From NCBI RefSeq assembly GCF_009914755.1, contig NC_060928.1: 64,000 nucleotides of DNA; one strand, 5' to 3'. Positions 14,068 to 31,791 of this stretch are shown piece by piece. The position numbers were made by a program, and so were the translations under genes. The notes under the pieces are model-generated. The model was not told the origin of the DNA. It ran no database searches and was given only the letters and a program-made list of their open reading frames with translations. The stretch comes from the human T2T-CHM13v2.0 reference genome, Homo sapiens. Position 1 is the first letter of the stretch, and every line of letters begins with the position of its first letter.

Positions 14068-14772
14068 TTATTTTGTTGGCATCAAGCAAAAGGGAAATAC
14101 AAGCAATATCTTAAAAAAATTTGTATTCATCACCTTTTTTAAAAATCCTTTGGTATTAGGTACCTGTAATGTTTATCCTTAGCATCATTTATTAAAAACA
14201 ATACTATACATTTATAGAGTACTTGATTATTTATTATATTCAGAGAGACAAATTATTTTATTTTTCTTATAATACATCCTGAGGTGGTTAGAACAAAGAT
14301 TATATTTCCACTTTATAGACCAGAAAATTGGGTCCCAGAGGATATAAAGTGAGTAAATGGTAATGCAGAGTCTTCTAATTCCAAATCCCATCTTCTTTCC
14401 ATCATGTCACATTGTATTTTTAAACGGTCAAATAGCTTTATCCTTTTTGAGAAGAATAAAAGCATACCTATTGTAAATAGGTAAATACAAAAGGATTTGG
14501 CTTATCCATTCCTATACTAGATGGGAAAAGAAATTAATTCCTATATAAAACACCTGAAAATGCTGGAGAATATATTAAACATCTCTTGTAAAACATGTCT
14601 GAGTAGGAAAAAAGGCAAGAAGACAGTATGATTCCACACAGGTAAGCTAAAACTGAAGGGCCATTGCCCTGAGGGCATCTACTACTCCTAGTGGCCTTGA
14701 GCCAGACCCATGGGGGAAAGAAGACAAAGCCTAGGGGCTTTGTAGGATAGGAGGATAAAAAAGGGAACTGGT

Positions 14773-15335
<563 letters not shown>

Positions 15336-15399
15336 TCAAGGCTTTCAGCAGAAGCAAATCCATATTCTCCTAGAAGGAGAACTCTATAAACATCTGCCT

Positions 15400-16620
15400 T
15401 GAGAAATTCTCATGGACAAAGTTCTAAAGAACATAAACTCAACCAAATTCATTAAACACAGAAAAATACAAGCCTGCATGGGTGAGACTTGGAAAAAACA
15501 AAATACAGAATCAAATAGGAAATGCCTGACAATATTAAGAGAATATAAAATTAATAGGCATATTATTTTTAAGTGAATGAAAGAAGAGACTGAAAATATG
15601 AGGAAAGGTCAAGAGGCTATAAAAGTTGACTAAACAGAGTTGAACAAGAACAAAAAGCAAATTTGCAGAAATGAAATACATACTAATTGAAAGTCCATGG
15701 ACAGGCTCAACAGATGATATAGATACAGCTAAAGAGATAATTAGTGAAATGGATCAGATATAGCACAAGAATGCAGAGAAAATGTTGTAAATGTAGATGT
15801 AAAAAGAGGTTCAGAGAAATGGAATATAAAATGAAAATATTCAACATTTACTCATCAGAAGAATACAGACAGATGTGCAAAGAGGCAATATCCTCAGGTA
15901 ATAACTTAGGATTTCCTGAGTAATGGGATCTACACCCATAAATTCAAAGTGAAACTGAAAGGCATCTAACACAAAGGGAAGATATTGAAAGTAGCCAGAG
16001 AAAAAAATCGTACTTCTACCAAGTAGTGACTAGTAACTGTATATTGATTTCTCAACAGCAACAGTGGAAGCTGAAAGACAATGGAATATTGTCTTTAAAA
16101 TGCTAAGAGTAACTATTAATATAGAATATGACCAAGAATTAGTAAATTTTCTGCAAAGGGCCAAATAGTAAATATTTAAGGTTTTGCAGGCCAATCTCTG
16201 TAACATATTCTTATTTTGTTGTTACCGTGGTAGTGGATTTGTTTTTTAATACCACTTTTAAAATAGTAAAAATAACACTTTACCATGCTTAGCTTGGGGC
16301 TGTACAAAAACAGGCCTCAGGCCAGATTTGGCCCACATGGCCGTAGTTTGCCAGCCCCTAAAAGAGACAACAAAATTATCTGTCAGGAAGTAAGGACATT
16401 TTAACAAAGACATTTGCCCACAGACTCTCAGCAGAGAAATTTCAAGAGTAAACTTCAAAAAGATGCAAAATAACACCAAATGGTCTGAGATACAAGAAGT
16501 CATCAAGCATTGGTAAACATATGTGACAGTCCAGATAAACATTATCTATATAATAAAGTATGTATCTAATGTATGCAATGAAAAGCAAATAAATAGAACC
16601 AAAATGCTAGAAAATGGAGC
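15400..16620 (+). mobile_element. ancient L1M ORF1-region fragments
   Basis: A-rich sequence with L1M ORF1-like motifs (GATACAGCTAAAGAGATAATTAGTGAA; GATTTCTCAACAGCAACAGTGGAAGCTGAAAGACAATGGAATATTGTCTTTAAAATGCT). Confidence 0.65.
16131..16359 (+). mobile_element. MER58-family hAT MITE
   Basis: TTTTCTGCAAAGGGCCAAATAGTAAATATTT ... GGCCAGATTTGGCCCACATGGCCGTAGTTTGCCAGCCCCT. Confidence 0.8.
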
Positions 16621-17818
16621 TGCTGCTTCTGCATATGATTTGGAAAGCAGGAAAGAGTGCTGTTCCCACTTAACAACGAGAAAAAAACTATAAAATTGTA
16701 AGTTTCATTGACCCTATCAGAGAGCTGAGAGTTGAGGACATAGAGCAAATAAAAAGAATGAATTCCAAGGAGGAAGAGGCTCCTCTAAGAAGAAAAGACA
16801 TGTTCAAACTAGCTCACCCAAAGGTGGGCCACCCACCCCAAGAGTGGGTAAGAAGAAATCAGCTACAATTTTAAGAAATTGTTGGAGGCCAAATGTGGGC
16901 TGATACCTCAGTCTGGAATAGCTGGGGGCCTCAAACACAGACGGCTTTGTACTCAGTAGTGAGCTCTCTTCCATGAGGGTCCACTGAGTTCTCCCCAGAA
17001 GACCGGGGCAGGCAATATGACAGGAAGAAGGCCCTATGTAGAGAAAGGAATCAGCTGCCCACTCCTCACCCAGGTGCTTCTCTCATAAGGAGCAAAAGCC
17101 TTAATTAAAAACAACAAAAAAAAAGAACTCAAATTTCAGTCAACTAGAGAATTGATAAAATGGATAAATTGTGGCATGTTCATGCAATGAATATCCTACA
17201 TGCGTCAAAATGATTGAATCTCAAAAACATAATTCTAAGGGAAAAATCAGACACAAAATAATTCCATTATGTAAAATTAACCTGTTTGGTTGCATACAAT
17301 TTGCATATCAAGTTTATAGAGAGAGCACTGATATATATACCCACACATTTTTGTGTAGTACATAAAGCAGGTAAAACAAACATATGTATTTATATATTTT
17401 TTCTTATGGTTGCATATATAAAAATTAAACACCAACCCAAAAGAATTATTTAAAAACTTCAAGATAGTGGCTGCCTCTGGGAAGGGGAGAAAAATATAAT
17501 CACTGAGGGAATCCAGGGGTTGCTAATGTGCTGTTTCTTAATAATTTAGTTAGGATACTGAGTGCTGAGAACATTTTTTATTTGTAGTTGCTTATCATTA
17601 GTCTTTAAACTTCACGTTACATAAACATGCACTCTTACACAAACATGATGTATTTTATATATTTTTTAAAAGTTCTGTGCATGTATACATATAACAGTTA
17701 ACAGCAGTTACCTACTTCTATGATGGGAAATGAGTAGTTACCTGTGCAGGAGAGGATTAATGGCCACATTTACTTCTTATTTGATATGCTGCTGTTTTTG
17801 TTTTGGTACATTTGGTAA

Positions 17819-18184
<366 letters not shown>

Positions 18185-19269
18185 AAGAGTTTTTAGCTTC
18201 TACAACAATTAATTATACCCATTTTAGGAAGATATTTTTCTACTACATTTTCAAAGTGCCTCCGAAGGATGAACATGTTTATACAGCTTTCATTTTGCTA
18301 AGATGTAAGTCATGCAATACAATTAAAGATATCATACCTAATGATACTTTAATATTTATTCACTTCAGAAAAGATGGAATTTAAGTTTACTGTGATCAAA
18401 CAATCCCTCTTTTATTTTTACTCTGAACAAGGTAACACAGTGATTTACAAAACCACATATTCCGTTACACAGACAAGGGACCTCAAAGTCCTGCTTAAGC
18501 AAGTGGACAGAGTGCTCTGAATACTTGGCTAAAATTCCAAGAAACTTCAAGAATCACCAGTGTTGTATTTCTTTTATCCCTAAATGGGCTTCAAAATTCC
18601 TTTGTTTGTTCACAATGGCTGATAACCAGAGTGAGAAGACCTTTATATGGGACTTGATATTCTCTAATGCTCTTTCCAGGTCTGAAAATCTTTCAGGTTT
18701 CATTTAAAGACAGCCATGTCCTCAACGGAAAAATGATCATCCAATTAACACTGTCTTCATGTGGTTTTATAAGAGATTAGCATCTGCAATATCAAACCAT
18801 TATTTACCAAAACAGACCATAATCTGCAGACCTGTGTTGTTTGGGATTTTTTTTTTACTTCTGCCCAAACAGAATGTGAGTTCCATAAAACAAAGGACCT
18901 TCTTGTGTGCACCTCCATACCACCAGAGCCTCGTTCAGTGTCAGAAACACCCTAGGTCCTGACAGCTGTTGATTGAATGCATTTCTCTGCTTTGCAGCTC
19001 AGACAATTAATTTATTTCAGACTTCCAGCCATGCATTTTGCAAACTTTGCTTATATTTTCTTCATACATATAGTTGGGCATAATCAGTGGTTAAAGTCTG
19101 TATCTAAATACAGAAAATAGCTTACAATAACTATAAAATAAAATACTAAGTAATAAGATAGCCTTGTGTCATAGTTTAATTGGTGACTTTTTTTTTCTTA
19201 ATAATACATCAAATAATGGTGGGCCTTAAAATTTATGGTAATTTTGATTCCATGAGAGAGAATCCAGAG

Positions 19270-19580
19270 TCCCTAGCTCCATCTAATACTAGATATTGTG
19301 CTGTTTTTCTTAATCATTGCCAGTTTTATGTAAAAATGATAAAATGTTTTAACTTATGTCTTTGATTAATAATGAGGATAGCCTTTTTTTCCTTTCATTT
19401 TTTGAACCATTTATATTCCTTTTTGTAAACTGCTTGTTTTTATATTTTTAGATGTTTTTCTATTGGGATGTTTGACCTTGCTATTTTTTACGGTAGTTTT
19501 TTATTAATTAAAAATATTAAATCTTTGTTTGATATATGGCACGCAAACATTTTTCTCAGTTTATCCATCATTTTAACTTT
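19270..19580 (-). mobile_element. ancient L1ME fragment
   Basis: T-rich antisense L1 3' ORF2-like motifs (CCATTTATATTCCTTTTTGTAAACTGCTTGTT; TTTTCTATTGGG). Confidence 0.5.
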
Positions 19581-22350
19581 GTTAGTAGTGGTTTTCCTTG
19601 AGATTTGAGACAAATTCAACTAGTAAAAGCTGCCAGTGAATTCAAATTTTACCCATCTCCTTCAGATGCCCCCCTCCCTTATGAAAATCCCTTGTAGATG
19701 GGGTGGGAGGAATCATACACATATAAATATGTCACACAGCTAGAAATAACTCCAATTAGCATCAGTATATATTCAAAATTATAAAACACTAAAAATCTAC
19801 AGCCAATTTCCTGCCTTTGATCACATTTTCTCCCAAAGAATAATGTTCTAGGTCTTCCCAGACAGCACTTACTTTGGGTTCCTTCACAGGCTGCTTGCTG
19901 GTAATATAATAATGTGATAAGCAGAAGCAACCCAAAGTCTATCTCATAAGAAATATTTCCTAATGGCTACTCTTCTGTACCCTCCAGCTCTCGGCCTCTG
20001 CCCTTGCCAGTGCACAGGCCTCCAAGTGCTAGGGCAGGCCAGTCAGACATCCCTGGGACAGTCCTGGCACACAAGCACAGCCAAGACTCCGTAATGCAAA
20101 ACGCCATGATGCCCACAGTGCAGTGTGACCACTGGTGTGGTGGGTGTTTGCCTCATACTGGGAGTCAAGAGTTGCAGGTCTTAACCCTGACTCTGTCACT
20201 GACTAGAGATATGATCTTGAAATAATTTTTCCTTTCTGAATCTCCAATTTTCCTTATCTTTTGATGGGGGCACTTGGAATCCCATGATCTCTAAGGTCTT
20301 TTCCAATGCCTATATTCTGGTTCTATTATACATATCTAATCTCAACTCTACACACTTGCTGTCCCAATAATAAAAACAACAATAAATTCAGGTGTGTCTT
20401 TCTCCAAAGCTGCTGTTCTTAAAACATTTTGCTACATTGTCTCTCTTACATTAGCAGTAACAGTCTGATTTCAATGTTTTCCTTCCTCATTGTACAAGGA
20501 CTGGGTTGACTTGAAAGTCAAGGATAGAGACATCAGGAAGTTTTATTAGACTTCTGACACACCTTAGCCAATGCAGAAAATGGTTCTGAAAGCATGTCTA
20601 ATTATTTTTCTAGTTGTTTTTAACAATCACGAGAATGGAGTTCCTTGAGCACTTCCTTAAAAAATCTATAATTACCAAACTCAAATAGGAGGTTCTTCCT
20701 GAAATGTGGCGATTTGGTGATTCTTCTCCCTGTCTCCATCTCATTATTTCTGCCACTCTTATATAGTTATACTGAAAATTAATCCTATAATTTATTTTTT
20801 ATAATTTTAATATGATTTTGTAGGATGATAACACTTCTCATTATTGCTGATATAAAAGGATGAAAAAATACTACTTTCCAAAGAGCTGGCACTGTAATTA
20901 CTCTAAAAGAAGGAAATGCCTTTGGTGGGGCAGAAAATGAGAGAACTCAAGAGCAACACATCTAGAGCTTCAGGAAAAAGGTAGAAAGTGCTCTGCAACC
21001 AAGCAGTAGAGAAATTATTTACCTCCCGGATCAGAAGATATTGATCAGTTATCAATATCAGATTGATCTGGATCAAAAGGCATTTTTCTGGCTCAGAAAG
21101 CAGAAAAAGAAAGAGAAGAGACAGGGAGGAGAGAGAAGCTGGGGGAAACAAAATTGGACTCTGTACAGGAGAAGGGCAAAAAGAAACTTCTGGTGACTAA
21201 TGGTCAAAGTATTGCATGGCCACCATGGAAACTTCACCCCAACCATGTGTATCTTCACCAAAAGTGAGGAAAATTGGGCTCCTGGAAAGTTTCTCCTGCT
21301 GAGAAACTAAATAAGAAAGTAATTATTTTGACTTTTGAGGCAAAATATTTATTTCAGGGGAGTAGATGGATAAATGAGAGATTAGAGATGTCAGTCTGAA
21401 CACAAGGTTAGACCAGGGAGTGATTTGACATGATGGTAAAGAGTGGGATGGCCCCTCAAAACATCCAAGTTATATATATAAAAAAAAAACCTTTAAGAAC
21501 AAGGAACTCTAAAATACAGTATTGAGCCATACAGTATGTGATGTGAACCCTCAGATTTTCAATAAAATTCTATACATTAAATGATACTGTGATTGTGACT
21601 ATGTATGTTTTAGTAGGGTATTTGGTTTGGAGTGTGTGTGTACCTGTCTCTGAAAGCTGATTAGGTTTTGATCAATGCAGTGTGAAAGAGACATCGCAAA
21701 AGATCTCCTGATAACTGATAAACATGAAAATATAAGCCCCTTAGAATGCTAAAAAAATTTTACAGAAACATTTCTACTTTTATAGGACTAGGTTAAAATC
21801 AACATAATCTAGACCTCAAGGGACTAGGAGTTCCCACTTGATACCCAGATTTTGCTTCTTTACCCAAATGCTATTTGCCTAGCTCTTTAGTGTGGTAATT
21901 ATGTTCTAGTCCTTATATATTTAATCAACATCTCTAAGTTGCTTCTAAGTCTTTCCTAAGAAAAGCAGTAACTTCCAGGAAGAGTTAAATATATAATTCT
22001 GTCTCAGAAGAACAGGTAAGGAGTTCTCCTCTTCAACTGGAGATGAAATTCTGGAATGGATTCCACAAATAGAAAAAAATAATATTCTTCCTTCTACCAC
22101 ATCCAAGTGACAGTAAACCCAAACACTGCTGATCACAAGTACTGTACATCTACTACTAAATAAGTAATGCTATCAAGGACGTTCACACTTTCATTCTGTA
22201 GATTGATCTAATACATTGCAAAGTCAATGCAGGAACGGTTTTATTGCATCCTTTCCATTTTTAACATTTGCTCAGCCTCAACAATGTCTAACTTGGGATG
22301 GATCTGACTAAGGGTACTATACAAAGAGGCATGCTAGGGAAGGAGATGTA

Positions 22351-23849
<1,499 letters not shown>

Positions 23850-26800
23850 TATTTATAGTAAGCTTTCAAGTATATCCACAGAAGGCATATAAATAAAACC
23901 ACATTTTAGTCTTTTCTTCAATACGAATGCTGTTAGCAAGAAGAAAAAATCTTGATTAGGATCTCACTGCATAGTTTACCCATCTAAAAAATTAGAGTAG
24001 CCAGTAGACATGGGACATAGGAAAGGAGGAAAGGCAATAAACTCACATATTAAATAATTTTTCCCTGATCCTTTCCTTTCCTAAAGGTTATTAACATGTC
24101 AGCCTTTCAGCACAAATACTCAAGAAGTGAGTCACCATCTACTTTCCCTGGCAACACAGGGAGCAGTTACAGGTTTGCTGTTCTCATATTAAAAGAGAGG
24201 AAGATAATGTCACATTCACCCTGTGGTTAGGAAATTTCTACATAAGAGGCAGTGTCCACTAACAAGAATAACCTTATCCTCAAACCACTCTACAGACAGT
24301 CCTGCTTCCCTTGCTCAATCAGGCATCAGCACCATGATTATCGCAACAGATGACCATGGCTCGGAGGCCTGCTGATAATTCACAAGGGCGGGCTTTTAAT
24401 GTCCATATCTACACAGCTGTGGGCAAGATTTTAATTCATACCATGTTAGGAACTGTACATGGTTTCCTAAGCGGTTGTCTCCAGCAAAAGTAAATAACTG
24501 AATAAATAAAAAGTATAAAAAGCAACTGTAGATAATTAGAATGTGGTTCCAGTGTTACTACCGTGGGTCTTCACTAGGTATTACTAAAATGGAGCCTGGA
24601 GGGGCCAGGGTGGTAATGGATGCCACAGCTTTTTCTTCTTGTCTTCTGATTCTTTTCATATACTCATGCACTTCCATCTGTCAGGTGCTTTCAAAAACGG
24701 AGACACCAATCACAAAATCTTTGACTCACCATCCCCTGTGGTTTGGAAATGAAAGCATAGCCTCTCCCCGTAACTGTGTAGGCTCCATCAGTTGTACTCA
24801 TATTGCTCTAGATATTGTGCATCCCATTTGCTAAGTCACATGAGAGATAAAGACGGCTAGAAACCGTTCTTCAATATGAACCCATAGCCCTTGGCCTCCA
24901 ATAAAAACTATCAAAGCCTTCATCTGCACAATTGAGGAAAATTGTTATAGATCCTCATGGATTTATGTCAGAAAAGACTAGCCTCCGAGTTGTGAAGACT
25001 CTCCTCCTTAACCCAAGAGCCCTTCCTTTTAATGATGGCTTCTATGAGCTAAAAACAGAAATAATAAGTAACAATAAAAGTGAAAAATAGCTTCTATTAG
25101 CAAACATTGTGGCCGCAGCAGGTATCAGCCAGCTACCTAACTGTTGGATAACATGGGGGGAGTTATACAGAGTCATAATGCTTGCTACTGTGGGTATTTT
25201 TATAGAACGGAGAAAAGACCATCATGGATCACTGGGATATTATTATCTAAGACTGTAGTTTTTAAATCCATCATGACCTCGCACACACGCATGTCAGCAT
25301 GTGTGAAACAAAAGTTTCACGGAACAATAGCTACCCATATCACATGCAATGAATTATAATGGTTTCCTCTACTTCATTTTTTAAAGTATTATATAACCCT
25401 CTGAATTTTTTTTGAACTACAGTTAGAAAAACAACTAATATAAAAGGTTAATGAGACAGGTGGAAATATATTTAAATTGATCGATTTCTAAGGAATCTCA
25501 GAAACACTAGTGTGGAAGTTTTAGAGGTCAAATTCTGTTCCTTCAGGCACTAGGATGATTCTATTTTCAAAAATTCAAAACACAAAAGGTCTAGGAATGC
25601 CCATTTAATTTTTATTAAAGGGCAAGACAGTAATATTGCAGGAGAAAAAGTAGTTCATTTTTCTTCAATTCTGAGTCAACCCATATTTATTAAGGTTTTG
25701 CAATAGGGATATACTTAATGGAGATCGTGTGTTCTAATCGGGGATTGTAAAGAGAAGCAAGAGGTGATAAGGCTTGGGGTTCTAGGGGAAAGGAGTGAAG
25801 GTCAAGTTTCCTTAATTTGTGCATATCGCCTCATTGGCTCACCCCAAAGCCCTGTGGAGAATGTTCAGAGGCTGCTGCTCTGAACACGAATGAAGAATGA
25901 AGATGACTCCAATGTATTAGAGCTCAATAGCTGAGATCCCAAAAGGTTTCTACCCATCCCTACATCGTGGGTGTCAAGCATAACCATAAAGAGCCATCTT
26001 CGCAATTGCTTACAACATCACTTGGCAAAATTCTCAGTGCAGAAACCTTTTTCTTTCATCCATTTTGAATCATCTCCAATAAAGCTAATGGTAGTCAGAG
26101 CTGAGCAGCAACTGATGGCAGAAGAAGAATGAAAGGCTCTCATTCTTTGAGGAGGAAAGGAGTCAATTAAAATACTGCAAGGTACCAGTGACTAGATTTT
26201 ACCTTTGCATCCCTTTAAACATTAAGATTAGATTGGTACATTCAATGTTGTGCAAAACATTGCTTCCCCATCTCTGAAGCCGACAACAAATGATACACTG
26301 AATAACAACAGCAATTGATGATTCTATTCAATGTCCCAAATCCAAATTGGTTGCCATATTTAGAGGAGGCTGAATCGTCAACTTCCTTTTGCCAGAAAAA
26401 TAATGACTGCTGAAATGTATTTGCAATGGCATAAACACTGACAATCATTCAAAACATGAAGATTCTAAAGTACACCAGTTTATACATTTGTGAGTTTGGA
26501 AAGGATGTATAAGTTGAAATCATTCTAGTAAGACCTGAATAAAGATTTTGGCACTTCCAACTCCCTCATGGTGATGAGGCTGTCTCTCTCTCTCTCTTGT
26601 GCACACACACATCCCTACCTCTTACATCCCAGTTGCAGCCTCCAGACATTGATTAACCCCATTGTGATTTAACATCCAAATATTAACATAGTGACTATGC
26701 GTTGCCCTCATTTTCATAATCTCAATCGTGTATACCTATTTAGGAGGTTAAATTTAGAGAGTCTTCTGAACTGTACATATTCTATACAACCAACCATTCA

Positions 26801-26999
26801 CAAAATTCTTTCTAGAGATTTAAATGTCAGAATTAACAATGACAGTACCAAATGTATGCCTGTATATAAGTGGGAATAACCCTCTGGTGATGATTTTTTG
26901 AATTAAAGGCTTTTTCCAAATTGGCCTACTTACCTCATATTATCATTTTCCCTTTCAAAAATCTACAGAAAACTTCCCAAATTAGGGGCCAATGTGATA

Positions 27000-28055
27000 A
27001 CTGAATTGGATTTTTGGTATCATCCAGTCCAACTACTTTATTACAAGTCAAATCCAGCACCTCAGCCTCTTGACCTCTCAGCAGCACTGGCACTGTAATA
27101 TACATCTTTACTGAAATTCTCTCATTCCTAGGTTTCCATAATTTAACTTGTTTTAGCTTTCCTCTAACCAAAATGTTCTTTTCTTGCCACCAATCTCCCA
27201 AATGCTCTCCCCTGCCCAGGTCTCTATCCTTAGCTTACACCTTCTCCTGTGTTGGTCCCCTCCATCCTCATATCAGAGCCATGCTAGTAATACCAAACCT
27301 GTGCCAAGCCTCAGCAATCTCAAATTTAAAATGCCCATCACTGAATCCACATTTTCCTTCCATACATCCTCTCTTTCTTGTATTCTTTTAGGTCATCTCC
27401 CATCATTTACTCATTCAAAAATGTCAATTATTTTTCAATCTACCCTCATATTTAAACATCAGTTTCTAGAAATTATTTCCAAAATCTCCAGACTATTGTT
27501 ATTGGTAATTAGTACTCCATAAAACCAATGTTTCCTATACACACTCTTCAGTGCAGCTAGCACAGCCATTTCTTAAATATAGCTCTGACAATACTTGCTC
27601 AAAAACCTTTAATGCCTCCCTATTACCCAGAAGAAAATACCCAACCTCTTTAGCACCCTTCCCATCTCACCTATTTTTCAGTTTCACTTCACCACACAAC
27701 CCATCTACTTGTCACTCTGGCCCACTCACCTTACTTTAACAATCAAATAAACTGTTTCCTTTTCTCAAAGTGTTCACATCTTCTACTTCTCTGATAACTG
27801 CTTATTTTAAAACATCACCACATCTGCAAAGCCTCCTTCAAATCTCCAGGCCACTTAATCACTCCCAGGTGTTCCTACAGTACTTTGTTCACACAAATAA
27901 TATCACATATCCACTGTACCCTTGTCAGTTGTTTCTTTCCTCCCTAATTGATTATAACCTTATTGAAGAAAACAGTGGTGTCTTGCTGTCTTTTCTAGCT
28001 AGGATTTCACACACCTGGTACATAGTAGGTGTTCGATTAACAACCACTAAGTAAA
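27000..28055 (+). mobile_element. L2 LINE relic
   Basis: CT-rich decayed sequence ending in ACCTGGTACATAGTAGGTGTTC...AAGTAAAT, as in the L2 3' end. Confidence 0.5.
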
Positions 28056-28197
28056 TATATACACACAGTGAAAAACACTTTTGAATTAAGAGTAAGAAGA
28101 TGTGAGTTTGAGTCCTAGCTAGGCTAGCCAAGGTAGGAGTCAAACTCTGCAAACTTCAATTTCTTCATGTGTAAGATGACATAACAATATCTCTTCC

Positions 28198-28549
<352 letters not shown>

Positions 28550-30215
28550 CTACAATGTTCTTTTCCACCTACAATGTTCTAGTCTAAGAATCAAATGAAA
28601 TCAGGTAGAGGAAAGCACTATGTCAAATATAGACTGCTATATTTAGTATAATCTTAGAGTATAATCTTTAAATCTCTATTCTTTCACTTGAAAAATATCC
28701 AAGGTTAAGATTCTAATGCCAATGTCCAAATTGAGGATAAATATAAACACAATGAAAAATAAACACTTTATCTTACATTCTAATGTTCCTAGAAATAAAG
28801 GATGACATCAATTTAAAGTGATCTCTACCACATCATATTAACTATTAGTTAGCATGCAGAATCACAGTTATAGAGAATCACATTATAAAGAACATAGACT
28901 TTGGATTAAAATAAGTGTGAATTCTAGTGCTACCTATTGCTTTGCTTTATTAGCAAATGCTTTTATAGCATTTTTTATATATGTGTGTAAATGCTTCATA
29001 TACATAACCCATTTACATCTCACTAGAATCCTATTAAAAATATTGGTCCTATTATTACTATTATTTGCATTTTACATACACGGAAACAGAAGCAGAGAGG
29101 CTGGGTGACTTGTTCAAGGTAGCAAAGCTATTATGAGGCCAAGCTGTGATTTGTGTCTGGGCAGTCTGGGTCTAGTCTGGCTTTTAACCACTAAACCATA
29201 TAGTCTATATCTAAATAATATGACAAGGTAGCACAATGCCTGACCCAAAATGAATTACTGATAGATGTTAGTTTCCTTTCCTTTTGTACATAATGGTGCT
29301 CCGGCAACAAAGATGATACATGCAAGTTGTCATGAGGTCTGCTACATCATCTGACAATGCTCCCATTCCACATGGACTCTGTAAAAAAGGGGATTTTATC
29401 TGTATACTACCCTCCTCTCCATATTAAAATCTTCCAAGAAAACTAGAAAAGAGCAAACCATTTTAACTAGCTATTAAGGCAGCCATTCAAATGGGATATA
29501 TCCTATTTGATATATTTATATTATAGCCTCATTTATAGCTAGAATATATATATAGTTTCATTGCATCATTAAAATGTCATTACATTGGGCTGAGACAAAG
29601 GTAGAGAATTTGCCAGTTCTATTCTTTCATATCTTTTGGTTGTCCTTTGACAAAATCCAGGACATTGATTACATTTTTTATTACAATTCCAATGGTTCAC
29701 ATTGTATTAACTTCTTCAGTTCTCCCTCCCCATTGGTAATCTCCAAAGCGTGACTCTCCTACAGTGGAGATGTCGCAGTTCCCTCTTTAGCATATCATTC
29801 AGGGAGAAATGGTGTGAAAGCACTCTCTCCAAATATAGCTCACATCTCTGCAGCTCCCTTGGCTGCTTCAGACTTAGAGGAGCACATTTCATTACAACTA
29901 TTGGGGTAGACCGGCATTCTTCCTAGTTCTCATAACTGGGTTAATTCTTACATATTCCTACAATTCTTACATAATGCAGTTAGGACCAGCACTGTTTTCT
30001 TAAAATTTTTCTTCTAGTTTAATACTGTATTCAATTCAATAAATTCCATCTCTCCGTTGTCAGCTACATAGAGCTTCTTAGAATACGTACTGGTACATTA
30101 TCAATATTTTACAGTTATATAGTTAATAATAATTTATTTAGCACTTCCCATGTGCCAAGTTCTATACTAAGTGCTTTACATACATTACCACATAAGAGTC
30201 CCACAAACTTACAAC

Positions 30216-30390
30216 ATTGTATTTCATTACTTCTAAGATGATTTTTAAAAAAAACATTTTAACATCTCTGAAATCAGAATGCTTCTGACAATCTATACCA
30301 TGTCAAAGTTGTGATAACATATTTTTCTGTGTACATAAAATATTGTTACATCTTAAAACCAGTGGTGATTTAGGTTCAATGAAATTTGTG
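30216..30390 (+). mobile_element. MER104-like (TcMar-Tc2) MITE
   Basis: Inverted termini TGTATTTCATTACTTCTAAGATG ... GATTTAGGTTCAATGAAATTTG, with internal ACATTTTAACATCTCTGAAATCAG. Confidence 0.65.
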
Positions 30391-31791
30391 AGTGCCATAT
30401 TTATCCCTATTTTAAAGTTAAAAAAACTGAGGTTGAGTCCGTTAAGGGATTTGCCCAAAATTAATTGCATTTACATAATAAGCTAAATAAACATCAATAA
30501 GAGACTTTATTGACTTATTTTCTTTCTAACAGTTCACTGTAGCATAAAGACAGGGCATCCATCCCATAATATGCATCCTTAACCGCTGCAGCTCAGGCTC
30601 TGAAATTTCACTGGGGTTCAAGTGCCATTTCTATCACTAAACTTAAATATATGATTTTGGGCATATTGCTTGAATGTATTAACCCCATCTATAAAGTCAG
30701 AATAATGACAGTAACCCCAGAAGGTTTCTGAGATGATTAAGTAAGATAATCCATGTTAACGCTCAGAACACAATGAGAGATACATTAGCGGTCACTTCAA
30801 TTTCATAAAATACAATAAGTAAGAAATAACTAACTGATTTGATTTGTTTTGCTATTTACCCCCAGCCCAATTTTATTCCAAATAATACAATATCATTACT
30901 ATAATCTCTTTGTTCCTATTGCACCAACATTTTGTATGGTAAAATTTCAATTCCAAATGTGGTGAGAGGTTCACCACCTATTCTAGCTAGTATTCTGAAG
31001 CCATTCCGATTCATAAAACATACTCTGAGTATCTCCTTTGTGTAAAGTCCTGTTCTTTGTATTAGTTGGTACAAAGGAGCCAAGGAGAAATAAGGAATTA
31101 TCCTGCCTTCATATCATTTTAAGTATAATGGGCAATGATAAGTATATACAAGCAGAAGATTCTTGGTAAAAAAAATATGATAAATGCTTTTAGACAACTA
31201 CAGACAAAAAAGCAATCAGAGAACAAATAAGGAAAAGGTTATATCCCATCCCTTAGATGGGATCATAAGGAAATTCTTTAGAAAAGAGGTAAAATTTAAG
31301 ATGGGCCTTGAAGGGAAGACAGTATACGGCAGATCCTAAGGCAATCCTAAGAACAGAGAACTTCATAAGCAAAAACAGGCTGATTTCCTCTTCCACCTAT
31401 GATGGAGCAGCATATATCAGAATAATCCTCCCAGTAACTACAATAAAATGTGAATATTTAAAAATCTAACAAACACCTATTTAAGATCATGATAGCAATT
31501 AAGAAAACAAGGACATGAGGGGCCAAGATTCGAGAAAGAAAGAAAATACAGTAAAGTGAATCCTGTATTTACCTCTGTTTCTTTGCCAATTTAGGTCTCC
31601 AAACATAGTGCCCAAACAGAAAGCAGTAGCCTCTGGCTTGCTGAAGTCTTACTGATCTGGGGAGAAACAAATTGGAGTTCAGGGCTATCAAAGTTGCCAG
31701 GATATGAGAGACCAAGGACCAGGACAACAGGGAACCAGAGAGTAGTAAGAACAATCTGCAGGCAATTTCTTCTTGAGGCATCTGATGGCTC

